This document shows positions 16,044 to 25,607 of a stretch of 62,688 nucleotides of DNA, piece after piece (the stretch's first letter is position 1; each line of letters starts with the position of its first letter). The stretch covers positions 1-62,688 of the forward strand of contig PWQI01000099.1 of NCBI GenBank assembly GCA_003556805.1, given 5' to 3'. Origin of the DNA: Trueperaceae bacterium (GTDB lineage: Bacteria; Deinococcota; Deinococci; Deinococcales; Trueperaceae). A program made the translations under genes and the position numbers. The notes beneath the pieces are model-generated. The model was not told the origin of the DNA. It did not search any database and saw only the letters and a list, made by a program, of their open reading frames with translations.

Positions 16044-16796
16044 GTGAGCTTCGACGACCTCTTCGCCTTGCTGCTGTTCATCGTGTTCATCGGGTTGCCC
16101 CTGCTGAACCGCCTGCAGCAACGCGGCCGGCCCGGTGCCCCGCCGCCCGGCCAGGGTCGGCCCGGTGCGCCAGGCCGACCGCCCGCGCCCGGCGCGGGCG
16201 GTCAGGCGGGCCGGCAGGCTGGCGGCGCTGCCGCGGCAGGCGAGGCGGCGGCGCGGCAGCGCGAGTCCGGCGAGTCCACCGAGGCGAGCCGGACGTCACC
16301 CCGGAGCCAGGGCGACGACGATCCCTTCGCGGAGCTCGCCAAGCGCCTCGACGAGGCTCGGCGGCGCGTGCGCGACGCGAGCGACGGTGGTCGTGCCAGC
16401 GCTGGCACCAGCACCCCCGCCGCGCGCACCATCGCCACCCCCGCACCGATGGCCTCGGCGATCCCGGACCCACGCGCCAACGCCGCACCACGTGCGCCGC
16501 GACCGCCACGCGACCCCTTCCCGAAGGGTCGCTCGAAGCCGTCCGCGCCGTGGAAGGATCGCTCGGCCTCCCGCGCCAGCCTCAGCGACGACGCGCCGGC
16601 GCTCGAGGTCGAGCGCGTGCGACCCAACCTGAGCGGCTCGGATCGGCGCTCGCGCGAAGTCGCGCGCATGCAAGCTCGTGACCTCGTGGCGCTCGACGCC
16701 CAGTCCTTCCGGAAGGGGATCATGTGGCACATGGTGCTGAGTGGCCCAGTCGCCTACCGGGGCCGGAGGAAGCCATCGCGACCAGCGTCACGCTGA
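16044..16796 (+). CDS. Hypothetical membrane-anchored Pro/Gly/Ala-rich low-complexity protein
   Basis: The GTG start lies 8 nt after floA. It has an N-terminal TM segment (LFALLLFIVFIGLPLL) followed by a long PGAP-rich disordered region. The 3' end overlaps the phoH ORF by 73 nt. I recognised no family. Confidence 0.5.
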   Translation: MSFDDLFALLLFIVFIGLPLLNRLQQRGRPGAPPPGQGRPGAPGRPPAPGAGGQAGRQAGGAAAAGEAAARQRESGESTEASRTSPRSQGDDDPFAELAKRLDEARRRVRDASDGGRASAGTSTPAARTIATPAPMASAIPDPRANAAPRAPRPPRDPFPKGRSKPSAPWKDRSASRASLSDDAPALEVERVRPNLSGSDRRSREVARMQARDLVALDAQSFRKGIMWHMVLSGPVAYRGRRKPSRPASR

Positions 16797-17710
16797 AACT
16801 ACGGAGTCCGAACGAGGCGTTGCGCCTGTTCGGACAGAACGACGAGCAACTGCGCGCGCTGCGTGCCCGCCTGAGCGCGAAGGTCGTGGCTCGCGGCGAC
16901 GAGGTGCGCCTCAGCGGCGAAGCCGACGCCGTGGCGGAGGCCGAGCGCACGTTCCGCTCGCTGCTCGCCACGATCCGCTCTGGCGGCGAGGTGCACGCGG
17001 CCGAGATCGTCCACGGCGACCTACACCGCTTCGATGCCACCGAGGACGGTGGCGAGGACGACCGCGGTAGCGGCCTCCCCGGCCGCACCAAGCCGAAGAC
17101 CGTCAACCAGCGGCGCTACGTGCACGCCATCCGCGACCACCCCATCACGTTCGGGGTCGGTCCCGCAGGCACCGGCAAGACCTACCTGGCGGTCGCGATG
17201 GCCGTCCAAGCGTTGACCACCCGCCAGGTCAAGCGCGTGATCCTGACGCGCCCAGCGGTCGAAGCGGGCGAGCGGCTCGGCTTCCTTCCCGGCGACCTGC
17301 AGGCGAAGATCGACCCCTACCTGCGCCCTTTGTACGACGCCCTGTACGACATGCTCCCACCAGATCGCGTCGATCAGCTGCTGGAGACGGGCACCATCGA
17401 GGTCGCGCCGCTCGCGTTCATGCGCGGCCGTACGCTCAACGACGCCTTCATCATCCTCGACGAGGCCCAGAACACGACGCCCGAGCAGATGAAGATGTTC
17501 CTGACGCGTATGGGCTTCAACAGCCGGGTGGTGGTCACGGGCGACCGCACGCAGGTCGACCTGCCAGGCAACGTCGAGAGCGGCTTGAAGGTGGCCGAGC
17601 GCATCCTCGCCGGCATCGAGGGCCTGACGTTCGTCATGTTCGACGACGGCGATGTGGTGCGCCACCCCTTGGTCGCGCGGATCATCCGCGCCTACGAACG
17701 TGAAGGCTGA
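16724..17710 (+). CDS. phoH: PhoH-family ATPase
   Basis: Walker A GPAGTGKT and Walker B FIILDEAQN, within the canonical PhoH core. The GTG at 16724 is the first in-frame start, so the true start is uncertain. Confidence 0.9.
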   Translation: MAHGAEWPSRLPGPEEAIATSVTLKLRSPNEALRLFGQNDEQLRALRARLSAKVVARGDEVRLSGEADAVAEAERTFRSLLATIRSGGEVHAAEIVHGDLHRFDATEDGGEDDRGSGLPGRTKPKTVNQRRYVHAIRDHPITFGVGPAGTGKTYLAVAMAVQALTTRQVKRVILTRPAVEAGERLGFLPGDLQAKIDPYLRPLYDALYDMLPPDRVDQLLETGTIEVAPLAFMRGRTLNDAFIILDEAQNTTPEQMKMFLTRMGFNSRVVVTGDRTQVDLPGNVESGLKVAERILAGIEGLTFVMFDDGDVVRHPLVARIIRAYEREG

Positions 17711-19661
17711 GGTCGCGCCGCGACGGCATCGCGTGCGCAGGGCGCTCGCTGCCTTCGCCGTCGTCGTCACGCTCGCGCTGCTGGTGTACTCCGTGTACGC
17801 CGAGCGCCGCACGGCCCTCCTGGTGATCGGCGATCCGAGCCCCCAGGCGTACGTGACGCCCGTCGACCTGCTCGTCCCCGACCGCATCGCGACCGAGCGT
17901 GAGCGCCAACTGGCACGCGAGCAGGTGCCCACGATCTACTCCGTCGACCCGACGCTGCAGCAGGTCGTGCTCGGCTCCCTCGCGGGCGTCGGGCTGCCGG
18001 AGTCCAGCATCGACGTGTTGGCGCTGCGGTACGGCTCGCCTGCGGGCGTGCGCGGCGAGCAACTCGACGCCGTGATCGACGCCGCGGTGGAGGCGGCGCC
18101 GGTCGAGCGCCAGCGCGAGGTGCGTGTGCTGCTCGAGCGCCGCCTGGTGGCCACGGCGACACCGAACGAACGCCTCACCGAAGCGGCCCGCGCAGGCGCG
18201 GCCGCCGCCGTCCCGATGCGGATGCAGCAGCTCGACGCGGGGCAAGTGGTGGTGCGCGAGGGAGAGACGCTGACCGACGAGCACCTCCGCACGCTCGAGG
18301 CGGCCGGCCTGTACTCACCCCAGATCGACGCGCTCAGCCGCACCGTGCTGGTCGCGCTCGGCAGCCTCATCCTGGCGCTGCTGCTGGCGCTGCCGGGGCG
18401 CTACGCGGTCGAGCACCTGGCGGGTCGGCTCACGCCGCGGCAGGTCACGTTCATCTTCGGCATCACGCTGGCACTGCTGGTCCTGCAGCGCATGGCCTTC
18501 ACGCTCTCGCCCAGCTTCGTGTTCATCCTCGTCGTGCCCCTGCTCGTAGCCGTGCTGATCGACGAGGTCACGGGCGTGTTGTGGGCCGTCTGGGTCACCG
18601 TCGCGACCGCGGTGCTCCTGCCCGCGACGCCTCTGCTCACGCTCGTCGCCGCCGCGGCCGGCTCGGCAGCGGCCGTTGCCAGCGTGCGCTTGATGCGCAA
18701 CCGTGCCGGCGTCTTGCTCGCCGGGACCCTCGGCGGTTTGGCCAGCGGCACGGCACTGCTCGCCATGGTGCTCATCGGCGGAGGCCTCTCACCCATCGCG
18801 GCGGCGACGGCGTTCGGGATCTTCGTCGCCGCCGGCGTGGTCGCGGGCGTGTTGGCGCTCGGACTGCTGCCCGTCGCCGAGAGCGGTGTCGGCTTCCTGA
18901 CCGACTTCCGGCTCCTCGAGCTGTCGAGCCCGAGCCACCCACTCCTGCAACGCCTGCTGCTCGAGGCACCCGGCTCGTACCAGCACTCGCAGATCATCGC
19001 CAACCTGGTCGAGCAGGCGGTGCTCGCCATCGGCGGAAACGCCCTGCTCGCGCGCGTTGGCGCGCTCTACCACGACGTCGGCAAGATGCGGCGCCCACAC
19101 TTCTTCGTCGAGAACCAGTTCAGCGGCGAGAACCCGCACGACCACGTGAGCCCGCACCTCTCCTACCTGATCATCACCAGCCACGTTCGCGACGGTGTCG
19201 AGCTGTTGCGCGAGTACCGCTTGCCACGCGAACTCGAGCCGTTCGTGATGGAGCACCACGGCACGACGGTGTTGGCGTACTTCTACAAGCGCGCGCTCGA
19301 GGACGCCGGCAGCATCAGCGAGCTCAACTTCCGTTACCCGGGTCCCCGACCGCGCTCGAAGGAGACGGCGGTGCTGCTGCTCGCCGACGCGGTCGAGTCC
19401 GCCTCGCGCACGCTGACCGAGCCGACGCAAGGGAGCATCCGCGCCCTGATCGACCGGCTGTTCGACCAGCGCCTGCAAGACGATCAGCTCTCGCAGAGCC
19501 CGCTCAACCTCCGCGACGTGGAGGTCATCGCCAACACCTTCGAGCGCATGCTGACGGCCGTGCTACACAGGCGCATCAGCTATCCGAGCGCCGAGGAGAT
19601 CAAGGGGTTACGCCGTGACGGTCGAGATCCTCGACGAGACCGGCCGCTTCCGGCGGCGTGA
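17700..19661 (+). CDS. pgpH: 7TM-HD membrane phosphohydrolase (PgpH/YqfF family, cyclic-di-AMP phosphodiesterase type)
   Basis: It has an extracellular N-domain, a 7-TM block and an HD domain (HSQIIANL ... LYHDVGK). I placed the start at the GTG at 17700, which overlaps the phoH stop. Confidence 0.85.
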   Translation: MKAEVAPRRHRVRRALAAFAVVVTLALLVYSVYAERRTALLVIGDPSPQAYVTPVDLLVPDRIATERERQLAREQVPTIYSVDPTLQQVVLGSLAGVGLPESSIDVLALRYGSPAGVRGEQLDAVIDAAVEAAPVERQREVRVLLERRLVATATPNERLTEAARAGAAAAVPMRMQQLDAGQVVVREGETLTDEHLRTLEAAGLYSPQIDALSRTVLVALGSLILALLLALPGRYAVEHLAGRLTPRQVTFIFGITLALLVLQRMAFTLSPSFVFILVVPLLVAVLIDEVTGVLWAVWVTVATAVLLPATPLLTLVAAAAGSAAAVASVRLMRNRAGVLLAGTLGGLASGTALLAMVLIGGGLSPIAAATAFGIFVAAGVVAGVLALGLLPVAESGVGFLTDFRLLELSSPSHPLLQRLLLEAPGSYQHSQIIANLVEQAVLAIGGNALLARVGALYHDVGKMRRPHFFVENQFSGENPHDHVSPHLSYLIITSHVRDGVELLREYRLPRELEPFVMEHHGTTVLAYFYKRALEDAGSISELNFRYPGPRPRSKETAVLLLADAVESASRTLTEPTQGSIRALIDRLFDQRLQDDQLSQSPLNLRDVEVIANTFERMLTAVLHRRISYPSAEEIKGLRRDGRDPRRDRPLPAA

Positions 19662-20073
19662 ACCGGTGCGACGCGCGCTGGCGGCGCTCGGCGCCGAACT
19701 CGGCGCGGCGGGACGCGAGGTGACGATCGTGCTGGTGAACGACCAGACCATCGCCGCCATGAACGCCGCCCACCGCGGGGTAGACGGGCCAACCGACGTG
19801 CTGTCGTATCCACTGCACGAGCCCGACGACGTCGGCATGCCCGCGGTCACGGCCCTCGGCGACGTGGTCATCAGCCTCGACACGGCCGCTCGGCAGGCAC
19901 GCGACCATGGGCACGCGCCCTGGAGTGAGGTCCTGGTGCTCGCCGCACACGGCCTGATGCACTTGCTCGGCTTCGACCACCCCGACCGCGCCACCTGGGC
20001 GCGATTCGAGGCCGCCCAGGCGCGCGCGCTCGAGCTCGCGGTCGACCCCGTGGCGCCCGAGGCACAAGCGTGA
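19615..20073 (+). CDS. ybeY: Endoribonuclease YbeY (16S rRNA maturation)
   Basis: 152 aa with the zinc motif HGLMHLLGFDH. Confidence 0.9.
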   Translation: MTVEILDETGRFRRREPVRRALAALGAELGAAGREVTIVLVNDQTIAAMNAAHRGVDGPTDVLSYPLHEPDDVGMPAVTALGDVVISLDTAARQARDHGHAPWSEVLVLAAHGLMHLLGFDHPDRATWARFEAAQARALELAVDPVAPEAQA

Positions 20074-20459
20074 CCGAGGCGCAGCACCGCGCGCCACGCG
20101 GCGGCCTCGGGCGCGCCGTCGCAGGGGCCGCTCGCGGCATCGCCCGCTCGTTCGCCGAGGAGCGGAACCTGCGGATCCAGGTGGCCGTGGCGGTGGCCGC
20201 GCTCGCGCTCAGCGTGTGGCTCGGGACCGGGACGGCCATCGTCGCCCTGTGCTGCGCCCTGGTGATCGGCAGCGAGCTGCTCAACACCGCGCTCGAGCGC
20301 CTGGCGGACGCGCTGCAGCCCGATCCGAATGCGCTGGTGGGCGCCGCCAAGGACGCGGCCGCGGGCGCCGTGCTCGTGTGCGCCGTGACCGCCGTGCTGG
20401 TCGGCCTGCTGAGCATGGGACCGGCGCTCCTCGAACGCCTGCGCGGGTGGATGGCGTGA
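20070..20459 (+). CDS. dgkA: Diacylglycerol/undecaprenol kinase family protein
   Basis: 129 aa with 3 TM segments and the motifs EERNLRIQ, SELLNTALE and AKDAAAGAVL. Confidence 0.85.
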   Translation: MTEAQHRAPRGGLGRAVAGAARGIARSFAEERNLRIQVAVAVAALALSVWLGTGTAIVALCCALVIGSELLNTALERLADALQPDPNALVGAAKDAAAGAVLVCAVTAVLVGLLSMGPALLERLRGWMA

Positions 20460-20959
20460 GCGCGGACGGACGCGCGAGCACGCCTCCCGCTGCGTTGCTC
20501 GACGCGGCGCGGGAGGCCTGGCGCAATGCCTACGCGCCCTACTCGGGTTTCCGCGTCGGTGCGGCGCTCCGCACCGTCGATGGCCGCGTCTTCGCCGGCG
20601 CCAACGTCGAGAACGCCTCGTACGGGCTGGCCCGGTGCGCCGAGCAGTCCGCCATCCAGGCGATGGCGAGCGCCGGGGAGCGCCGCTTCGACGCGTTGGT
20701 CGTGGTCACCGACGCCGCGCCTCCGGCCGCGCCATGCGGCGCCTGCCGACAGGTGTTGAGCGAGTTCGACGACGAGGCGCGGGTGTGGCTGGTGAGCCTC
20801 GACGGGGCGGCCGTGGTCGCGACGACCGTCGCCGCGCTGCTCCCCGGCGCCTTCACCCTGCCGCCGCGCACGCTGGCCGCCCGCACCCCCGCCCCGGCCA
20901 CGGCCGACGCCGACACGTCCAACGACGCTGCCATCGAGGAGTCCGACGACAGGCCCTGA
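20456..20959 (+). CDS. cdd: Cytidine deaminase with acidic C-terminal tail
   Basis: The GTG overlaps the dgkA TGA (GTGA). The zinc motifs CAEQSA and PCGACRQ are present. Confidence 0.85.
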   Translation: MSADGRASTPPAALLDAAREAWRNAYAPYSGFRVGAALRTVDGRVFAGANVENASYGLARCAEQSAIQAMASAGERRFDALVVVTDAAPPAAPCGACRQVLSEFDDEARVWLVSLDGAAVVATTVAALLPGAFTLPPRTLAARTPAPATADADTSNDAAIEESDDRP

Positions 20960-21002
20960 GGCCCCACCAGCACGCGCCTCAGCGTTCTCACTGCCTCCGC
21001 GG

Positions 21003-21008
21003 TACACT
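21003..21008 (+). promoter_or_regulatory. -10 box TACACT, 6 nt upstream of the TPR-protein ATG (leaderless-type)
   Basis: ggTACACTcgctcgATG. Confidence 0.4.
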
Positions 21009-21014
21009 CGCTCG

Positions 21015-23147
21015 ATGCTACGCCACCTCAGCGCCGCCCTCGTCGCGGCCCTCACGCTCTTCATGGTCTCGGCGAGCGCGCTCGCGCAGGGTGCGCCGAC
21101 GCGCATAGTCGTGTTCCCGTTCGATGCCAGCCGTTCGGTCGACTCGCTCGGCCTGGCCAGCGCCAGCGCCATCCAGCGCGCGATCAACCAGGTCGACGGC
21201 CTCTACGCCCCGCCGGTGGGCGACGCGCTGGTCGTCGTGCAACGAGCCAACCAGGCCGGCGTCGACCCGATCGCCGCCGCCCAGCGGTTGTTCCGGGCCG
21301 ACGCCATCGTCCTGGGCCGCATCGTCGGCCAGACCCGGCTCGAGGTCGAGCTGGTGGTCGTGGTGGGCGACGACGATCGCATCGAGACGCTGTCCGGCAG
21401 CGTGAACGACCTGAGCGCATTGTGGCGCTCCTTGACCGAGACGGCGCTGCGCCGCGCCGACGTCACCTTGCCGCCGGCCGAGCTGGGGCAGGTGCGCGGC
21501 GCGCTCACGACGGCCCCGTCGCTGCCGTCGCTCGGTCCCCTGTCGGTGGCCAGCGCGCGGCTTCCCGGGGTGCGCCTGGACGACCTGCGCGCGGCACTCG
21601 AGCTCGACCCCGACAGCGCCTGGCTGCGCGCCGAGACCGCCCGCGTGGCGCTGCTCGAGGGCGACGAGGCGCTCGCGCTCCGTCTCGTCGGCGAGGCCTC
21701 GGAACTGGCGCCCGAGGTGGCCGAGGTGCGTGTGATCGAAGGCGTGGTGCGCGCCGCCCTTGGCGAGGCAGCCGCTGCGGAAGACGCCTTCCGTGCCGCC
21801 CTGGCGATCAACCCGAACCACGCCCAGGCCTTGGCCGGGTTGGCCGGTCTCACCACCGATCCCACCGAGCGCGCAGCGCTCCTCCAGCGCTCCCTCGCCG
21901 CCGCTCCCCGACTCGTCGACGCCCACCTGGCGTACGCGACGCTGCAGACCGACCCGCAGCGCCGCCTGCAAGCGCTGCGGAGCGCGGCAGAACGCGTCCC
22001 CGACTCGCTCACCATCCAACGGGTCCTGCTCGACGAGGTGCTCGGCGCCGGCGATCCCCGTGGCGCGTTGGCGCTGCTCCAGCAGGCCGTCGCCGATCCA
22101 ATCGGCCGCGCTCCTGCCACCTACGCGCTGGCGGCTGGGCTGCCAGACGCCGTCGGCCCGCAGGCGCTCGCCTTCGTCCAAGAGGGCCGGGAGATCTACC
22201 CCGACAGCACGACGTTGGCGATCGCTGAGGCCGACCTCCAGGTCGCAGCCGGCGACCTCGAGCGCGCCGAGAGCATCCTGCGCGAGGTGATCGCCGTCGA
22301 TCCAGAGAACGCCACCGCCACCGAGGCCTTGGCGACCGTGCTCGGTCGAGCCGGCAGGCTCGACGAGGCCGAGGCCCTCTTGGCAGAGGCGATCGGCGAC
22401 GGCGACGCCCTCACGCTGCGCCTGGTCGAACTCCAGCTCGCCTCGGGTCGTGCGCGCCAGGCGTTGGCGACGCTCACGCCGATGGTGGAAGCCGGTGAGC
22501 GCGACCCCATCGTCCGCACCTACTACGGCATCGCACTCGGCCGGGTCGGCCGCGTGTCGGAGGCTCGCTCGGTGCTCGAGGACGTCGTGGCCGACGAGCC
22601 CGACCTCGGACTCGCCAACCGCGCTCTCAGCGTGCTCGAGCAGCAAGCGCGCATCGTCGGCGACGACGAAGCCCTGACGCTCGAGGGCGACGCTGCCGTG
22701 GCGTTCGAGCAGGGGCTGTCGGCGCTCGAGACGGGCGAGTGGACCACGGCCGCGACGAGCTTCGCCAGCGCGCGCGAGGTCACCGACGCCGGCCTGCTGG
22801 CCTTCTACCAGGGCTACGCGCTGCAGCGCGCAGGCGACTCGCGCGGCGCCATCGCCGCCTACGGCGACGCTCGCGCGCAGCTCGGCGACAACGACATCCT
22901 GCTCTCCAACCTGGGCTTCGCGCACCTCCAGCTCGGTCGCCTCGACCTGGCGCTCGAGGCGCTGCAAGCCGCGGTGGCGAGCAACCCCGACAACGCCCAG
23001 GCCCATTTCAACCTCGGCCTGGCCGAGTACGGCGTCGCTCGCTTCGTGGCCGCCGTCGCGAGCTTCGAACGAGCGGTCGACCTCGCACCCGAGCTCGCGC
23101 AGACCGCCGAGCCGTTCCTGGCCGAGGCGCGCCGACGCAGCCAGTGA
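21015..23147 (+). CDS. Secreted tetratricopeptide-repeat protein
   Basis: 710 aa with a signal peptide (LTLFMVSASALAQG). It has many TPR-like Ala/Leu-rich repeats, ending in clear TPRs (NPDNAQAHFNLGLAEY). Confidence 0.75.
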   Translation: MLRHLSAALVAALTLFMVSASALAQGAPTRIVVFPFDASRSVDSLGLASASAIQRAINQVDGLYAPPVGDALVVVQRANQAGVDPIAAAQRLFRADAIVLGRIVGQTRLEVELVVVVGDDDRIETLSGSVNDLSALWRSLTETALRRADVTLPPAELGQVRGALTTAPSLPSLGPLSVASARLPGVRLDDLRAALELDPDSAWLRAETARVALLEGDEALALRLVGEASELAPEVAEVRVIEGVVRAALGEAAAAEDAFRAALAINPNHAQALAGLAGLTTDPTERAALLQRSLAAAPRLVDAHLAYATLQTDPQRRLQALRSAAERVPDSLTIQRVLLDEVLGAGDPRGALALLQQAVADPIGRAPATYALAAGLPDAVGPQALAFVQEGREIYPDSTTLAIAEADLQVAAGDLERAESILREVIAVDPENATATEALATVLGRAGRLDEAEALLAEAIGDGDALTLRLVELQLASGRARQALATLTPMVEAGERDPIVRTYYGIALGRVGRVSEARSVLEDVVADEPDLGLANRALSVLEQQARIVGDDEALTLEGDAAVAFEQGLSALETGEWTTAATSFASAREVTDAGLLAFYQGYALQRAGDSRGAIAAYGDARAQLGDNDILLSNLGFAHLQLGRLDLALEALQAAVASNPDNAQAHFNLGLAEYGVARFVAAVASFERAVDLAPELAQTAEPFLAEARRRSQ

Positions 23148-23160
23148 CGACGTTCGAAGC

Positions 23161-23187
23161 GTCGGAGGCGTCGGAGGCGTCGGGGCG
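23161..23187 (+). repeat. Short tandem 9-mer GTCGGAGGC x2 plus a degenerate third copy, just after the TPR gene stop
   Basis: gtcggaggc gtcggaggc gtcggggcg. Confidence 0.7.
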
Positions 23188-23243
23188 GTTCGCGCACGAG
23201 GGCTCCCACAGGGCACTCGGAGCGTGCCCGAGGGTGCGGTAGC

Positions 23244-24371
23244 ATGGCGCGCATGGCGATCCGACCCGATGTCGAGGCGCTCCCCGCGTACCGCTTCAAG
23301 GCGCTCGACGCGGCCGTGAAGCTGGACCAGAACGAGAGCCCATGGGACCTCCCGGAGCCCCTGCGCTCACGCGCCTTGGAGCGCGTCGCTCGCGCCGAAC
23401 TGCACCGCTACCCGGCCATGCACGCCGACGGCGTCGCCGAGCGGATCGCCGAGTTCGAGCGCTGGCCGGTCGAGGGCGTCGTGGTGACGAACGGCTCCAA
23501 CGTCCTCATCCAAGCGATCGTGATCGCCGCCGGCCTCGGTCGACGCGTCCTGAGCGTCGCCCCGTCGTTCTCCCTCTACGCGTTGCAGGCCCGGCTGCTG
23601 AACGCGGAACTGCGCGAGGTGCCGCTGGCAGCGGGGTTCGCGCTCCCGCTCGAGGCGCTCCTGAGCGAACTCGCCCAGGGCGACGGCGTGCACTTCCTGG
23701 CGGCGCCGATGGCGCCAACCGGGAACGCGGTGAGCGCGGAGGACGTCTGGACGCTGGCGCGCGCCGGAGCGAACGGGTGGCTGACGGTGATCGACGAGGC
23801 CTACGGCCCCTTCGCCGACAGCGACTTCTCCGGCGTGGTTCGTGACGTGCCCAACGCCGTGTCGCTGCGGACGTTCTCCAAGGCCTTTGCCATGGGCGGA
23901 GTCCGGCTGGGGTACGCGCTCGCCGCTCCCGACCTCGCAGTCCACCTGCGCAAAGCCGTGCTGCCGTTCACCGTGTCCGCGCTGCAGGCTGCGCTGGTCG
24001 AGACCGTGCTCGAAGACCCGGCGTACGTGCGCTCGCGCGTCGACCTGATCGTCGCCGAACGCGAGCGCGTCGGCGCCGCCCTGCGGGACCTGCCCGGCAT
24101 CGAGGTGTTCCCCTCGGTGACGAACTTCTTGCTCGTGCGCGTCGGCGACGCGGCCGCCCTCCACAGCGCGCTGCTCGCGCGCGGGATCGTGGTGCGGCGC
24201 CAAGACAACCTGCCCGGCCTGGCCGGCTGCCTGCGCGTGAGCATCGGGACGCCTGACGAGAACGACGCGCTCGTCGCCGCGCTCACGGCGCTGACCGCGC
24301 TCGCCGCGCGGCCGGCCGCGCCTGGCGCGCCGGCAGCGGCGCCTGAGAGAACCGAGGAGAGCCATGCCTGA
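23244..24371 (+). CDS. hisC: Histidinol-phosphate aminotransferase
   Basis: Class-II aminotransferase with the PLP-lysine context SLRTFSKAFAMGGVRLGY. The ATG at 23253 sits 7 nt after a TAGCAT -10 box and may be the real leaderless start. Confidence 0.9.
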   Translation: MARMAIRPDVEALPAYRFKALDAAVKLDQNESPWDLPEPLRSRALERVARAELHRYPAMHADGVAERIAEFERWPVEGVVVTNGSNVLIQAIVIAAGLGRRVLSVAPSFSLYALQARLLNAELREVPLAAGFALPLEALLSELAQGDGVHFLAAPMAPTGNAVSAEDVWTLARAGANGWLTVIDEAYGPFADSDFSGVVRDVPNAVSLRTFSKAFAMGGVRLGYALAAPDLAVHLRKAVLPFTVSALQAALVETVLEDPAYVRSRVDLIVAERERVGAALRDLPGIEVFPSVTNFLLVRVGDAAALHSALLARGIVVRRQDNLPGLAGCLRVSIGTPDENDALVAALTALTALAARPAAPGAPAAAPERTEESHA

Positions 24372-24948
24372 GCACCGCAGAGCCAGCGTGCACCGCATCA
24401 CCAACGAGACCGACGTGCTCGTCGAGCTCGACCTCGACGGTTCCGGGGGGTCTGCGGCGACGGGCCATGGCTTCATCGACCACCTGCTCGATCAGCTCAT
24501 CCGCCACGGCCGGCTGGGGCTCGAGGTACGCGCCACCGGCGACCTGCACGTCGACGTCCACCACCTCGCCGAGGACGTCGGCATCACCCTGGGTCAGGCG
24601 CTCCACACCGCCCTGGGCGACGCGCACGGGATCGAGCGCTACGCCGACGTGATCGTCCCGATGGACGAGACGCTGGTCCAGGTCGTGCTCGACCTGTCGG
24701 GGCGAGCGTTCCTCGCCTTCGAACCCGAGGACGTGCCCGGCAGCGTGAACGGCTTCTCCGCGTACCACCTGCGCGAGTGGCTGCGCGGTTTCACGAATCA
24801 CTCCCACGCGACCCTGCACGTCAGGATCCTCGCGATGGGCGAGGCACACCACGTCTGTGAGGCCGCGATCAAGGCGTTGGCCCGGGCGCTCCAACGGGCG
24901 ACCCGGACCACGCACGACACGCTACCGAGCACCAAGGGGACGCTCTGA
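24364..24948 (+). CDS. hisB: Imidazoleglycerol-phosphate dehydratase
   Basis: Canonical IGPD motifs (RITNETDV, DHLLDQL, HHLAEDVGI, HHVCEA). It overlaps the hisC stop by 8 nt. Confidence 0.95.
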   Translation: MPEHRRASVHRITNETDVLVELDLDGSGGSAATGHGFIDHLLDQLIRHGRLGLEVRATGDLHVDVHHLAEDVGITLGQALHTALGDAHGIERYADVIVPMDETLVQVVLDLSGRAFLAFEPEDVPGSVNGFSAYHLREWLRGFTNHSHATLHVRILAMGEAHHVCEAAIKALARALQRATRTTHDTLPSTKGTL

Positions 24949-24953
24949 GCACC

Positions 24954-25607
24954 GTGCGAGTCGTCCTGATCGATTACGGAGCGGGCAACCTGCACAGCGT
25001 CGAGAAGGCGCTGCTCGCCGCCGGCGTGCCGGTACTGCGCAGCGCCGATCCCGCCGTTGCGCGCGAGGCCGACGCGCTGGTGCTCCCTGGCCAGGGACAC
25101 TTCGGCCAAGTGATGCGTTCCTTCGAGCGTTCCGGCTTCGCTCCCGTCGTCGCCGAGCACATCGCGCACGCCAGGCCGTTCCTCGGTATCTGTGTCGGGC
25201 TCCAGCTGCTCACGCGCGGCTCCGAAGAGGCCCCGGGTGTGGCTGGCCTGCGCGTCCTCGACGCCGAGGTACGACGCTTCCCGGCCGAGGGCGTCAGCGT
25301 GCCGCAGATGGGCTGGAACCAGATCTGGCCGTTGGGCGCCTCGCCACTCCTCGACGGTGTGGCGGCCGGCGCGTTCGTCTACTTCGCCAACTCCTACTAC
25401 GTCACGTTCCCAGCCGGCAGCGTTCCGATGGGTGCCGAGACGCGCTACGGGACGACCCGCTTCCTGAGCGCGGTCTCGCTCGGGGGGCTGCACGCTACCC
25501 AGTTCCATCCGGAGAAGAGCCAGGCGGTCGGACTGCGGGTGCTCGAGAACTTCGGCGCCTTGGTCCGGAGCGCGGCCGGGTCGAGCGCCACGCGGGCGAC
25601 GCCGTGA
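24954..25607 (+). CDS. hisH: Imidazole glycerol phosphate synthase, glutamine amidotransferase subunit
   Basis: The N-terminus VRVVLIDYGAGNLHSV, the catalytic Cys in GICVGLQ and the C-terminal FHPEKS are all present. Confidence 0.95.
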   Translation: MRVVLIDYGAGNLHSVEKALLAAGVPVLRSADPAVAREADALVLPGQGHFGQVMRSFERSGFAPVVAEHIAHARPFLGICVGLQLLTRGSEEAPGVAGLRVLDAEVRRFPAEGVSVPQMGWNQIWPLGASPLLDGVAAGAFVYFANSYYVTFPAGSVPMGAETRYGTTRFLSAVSLGGLHATQFHPEKSQAVGLRVLENFGALVRSAAGSSATRATP

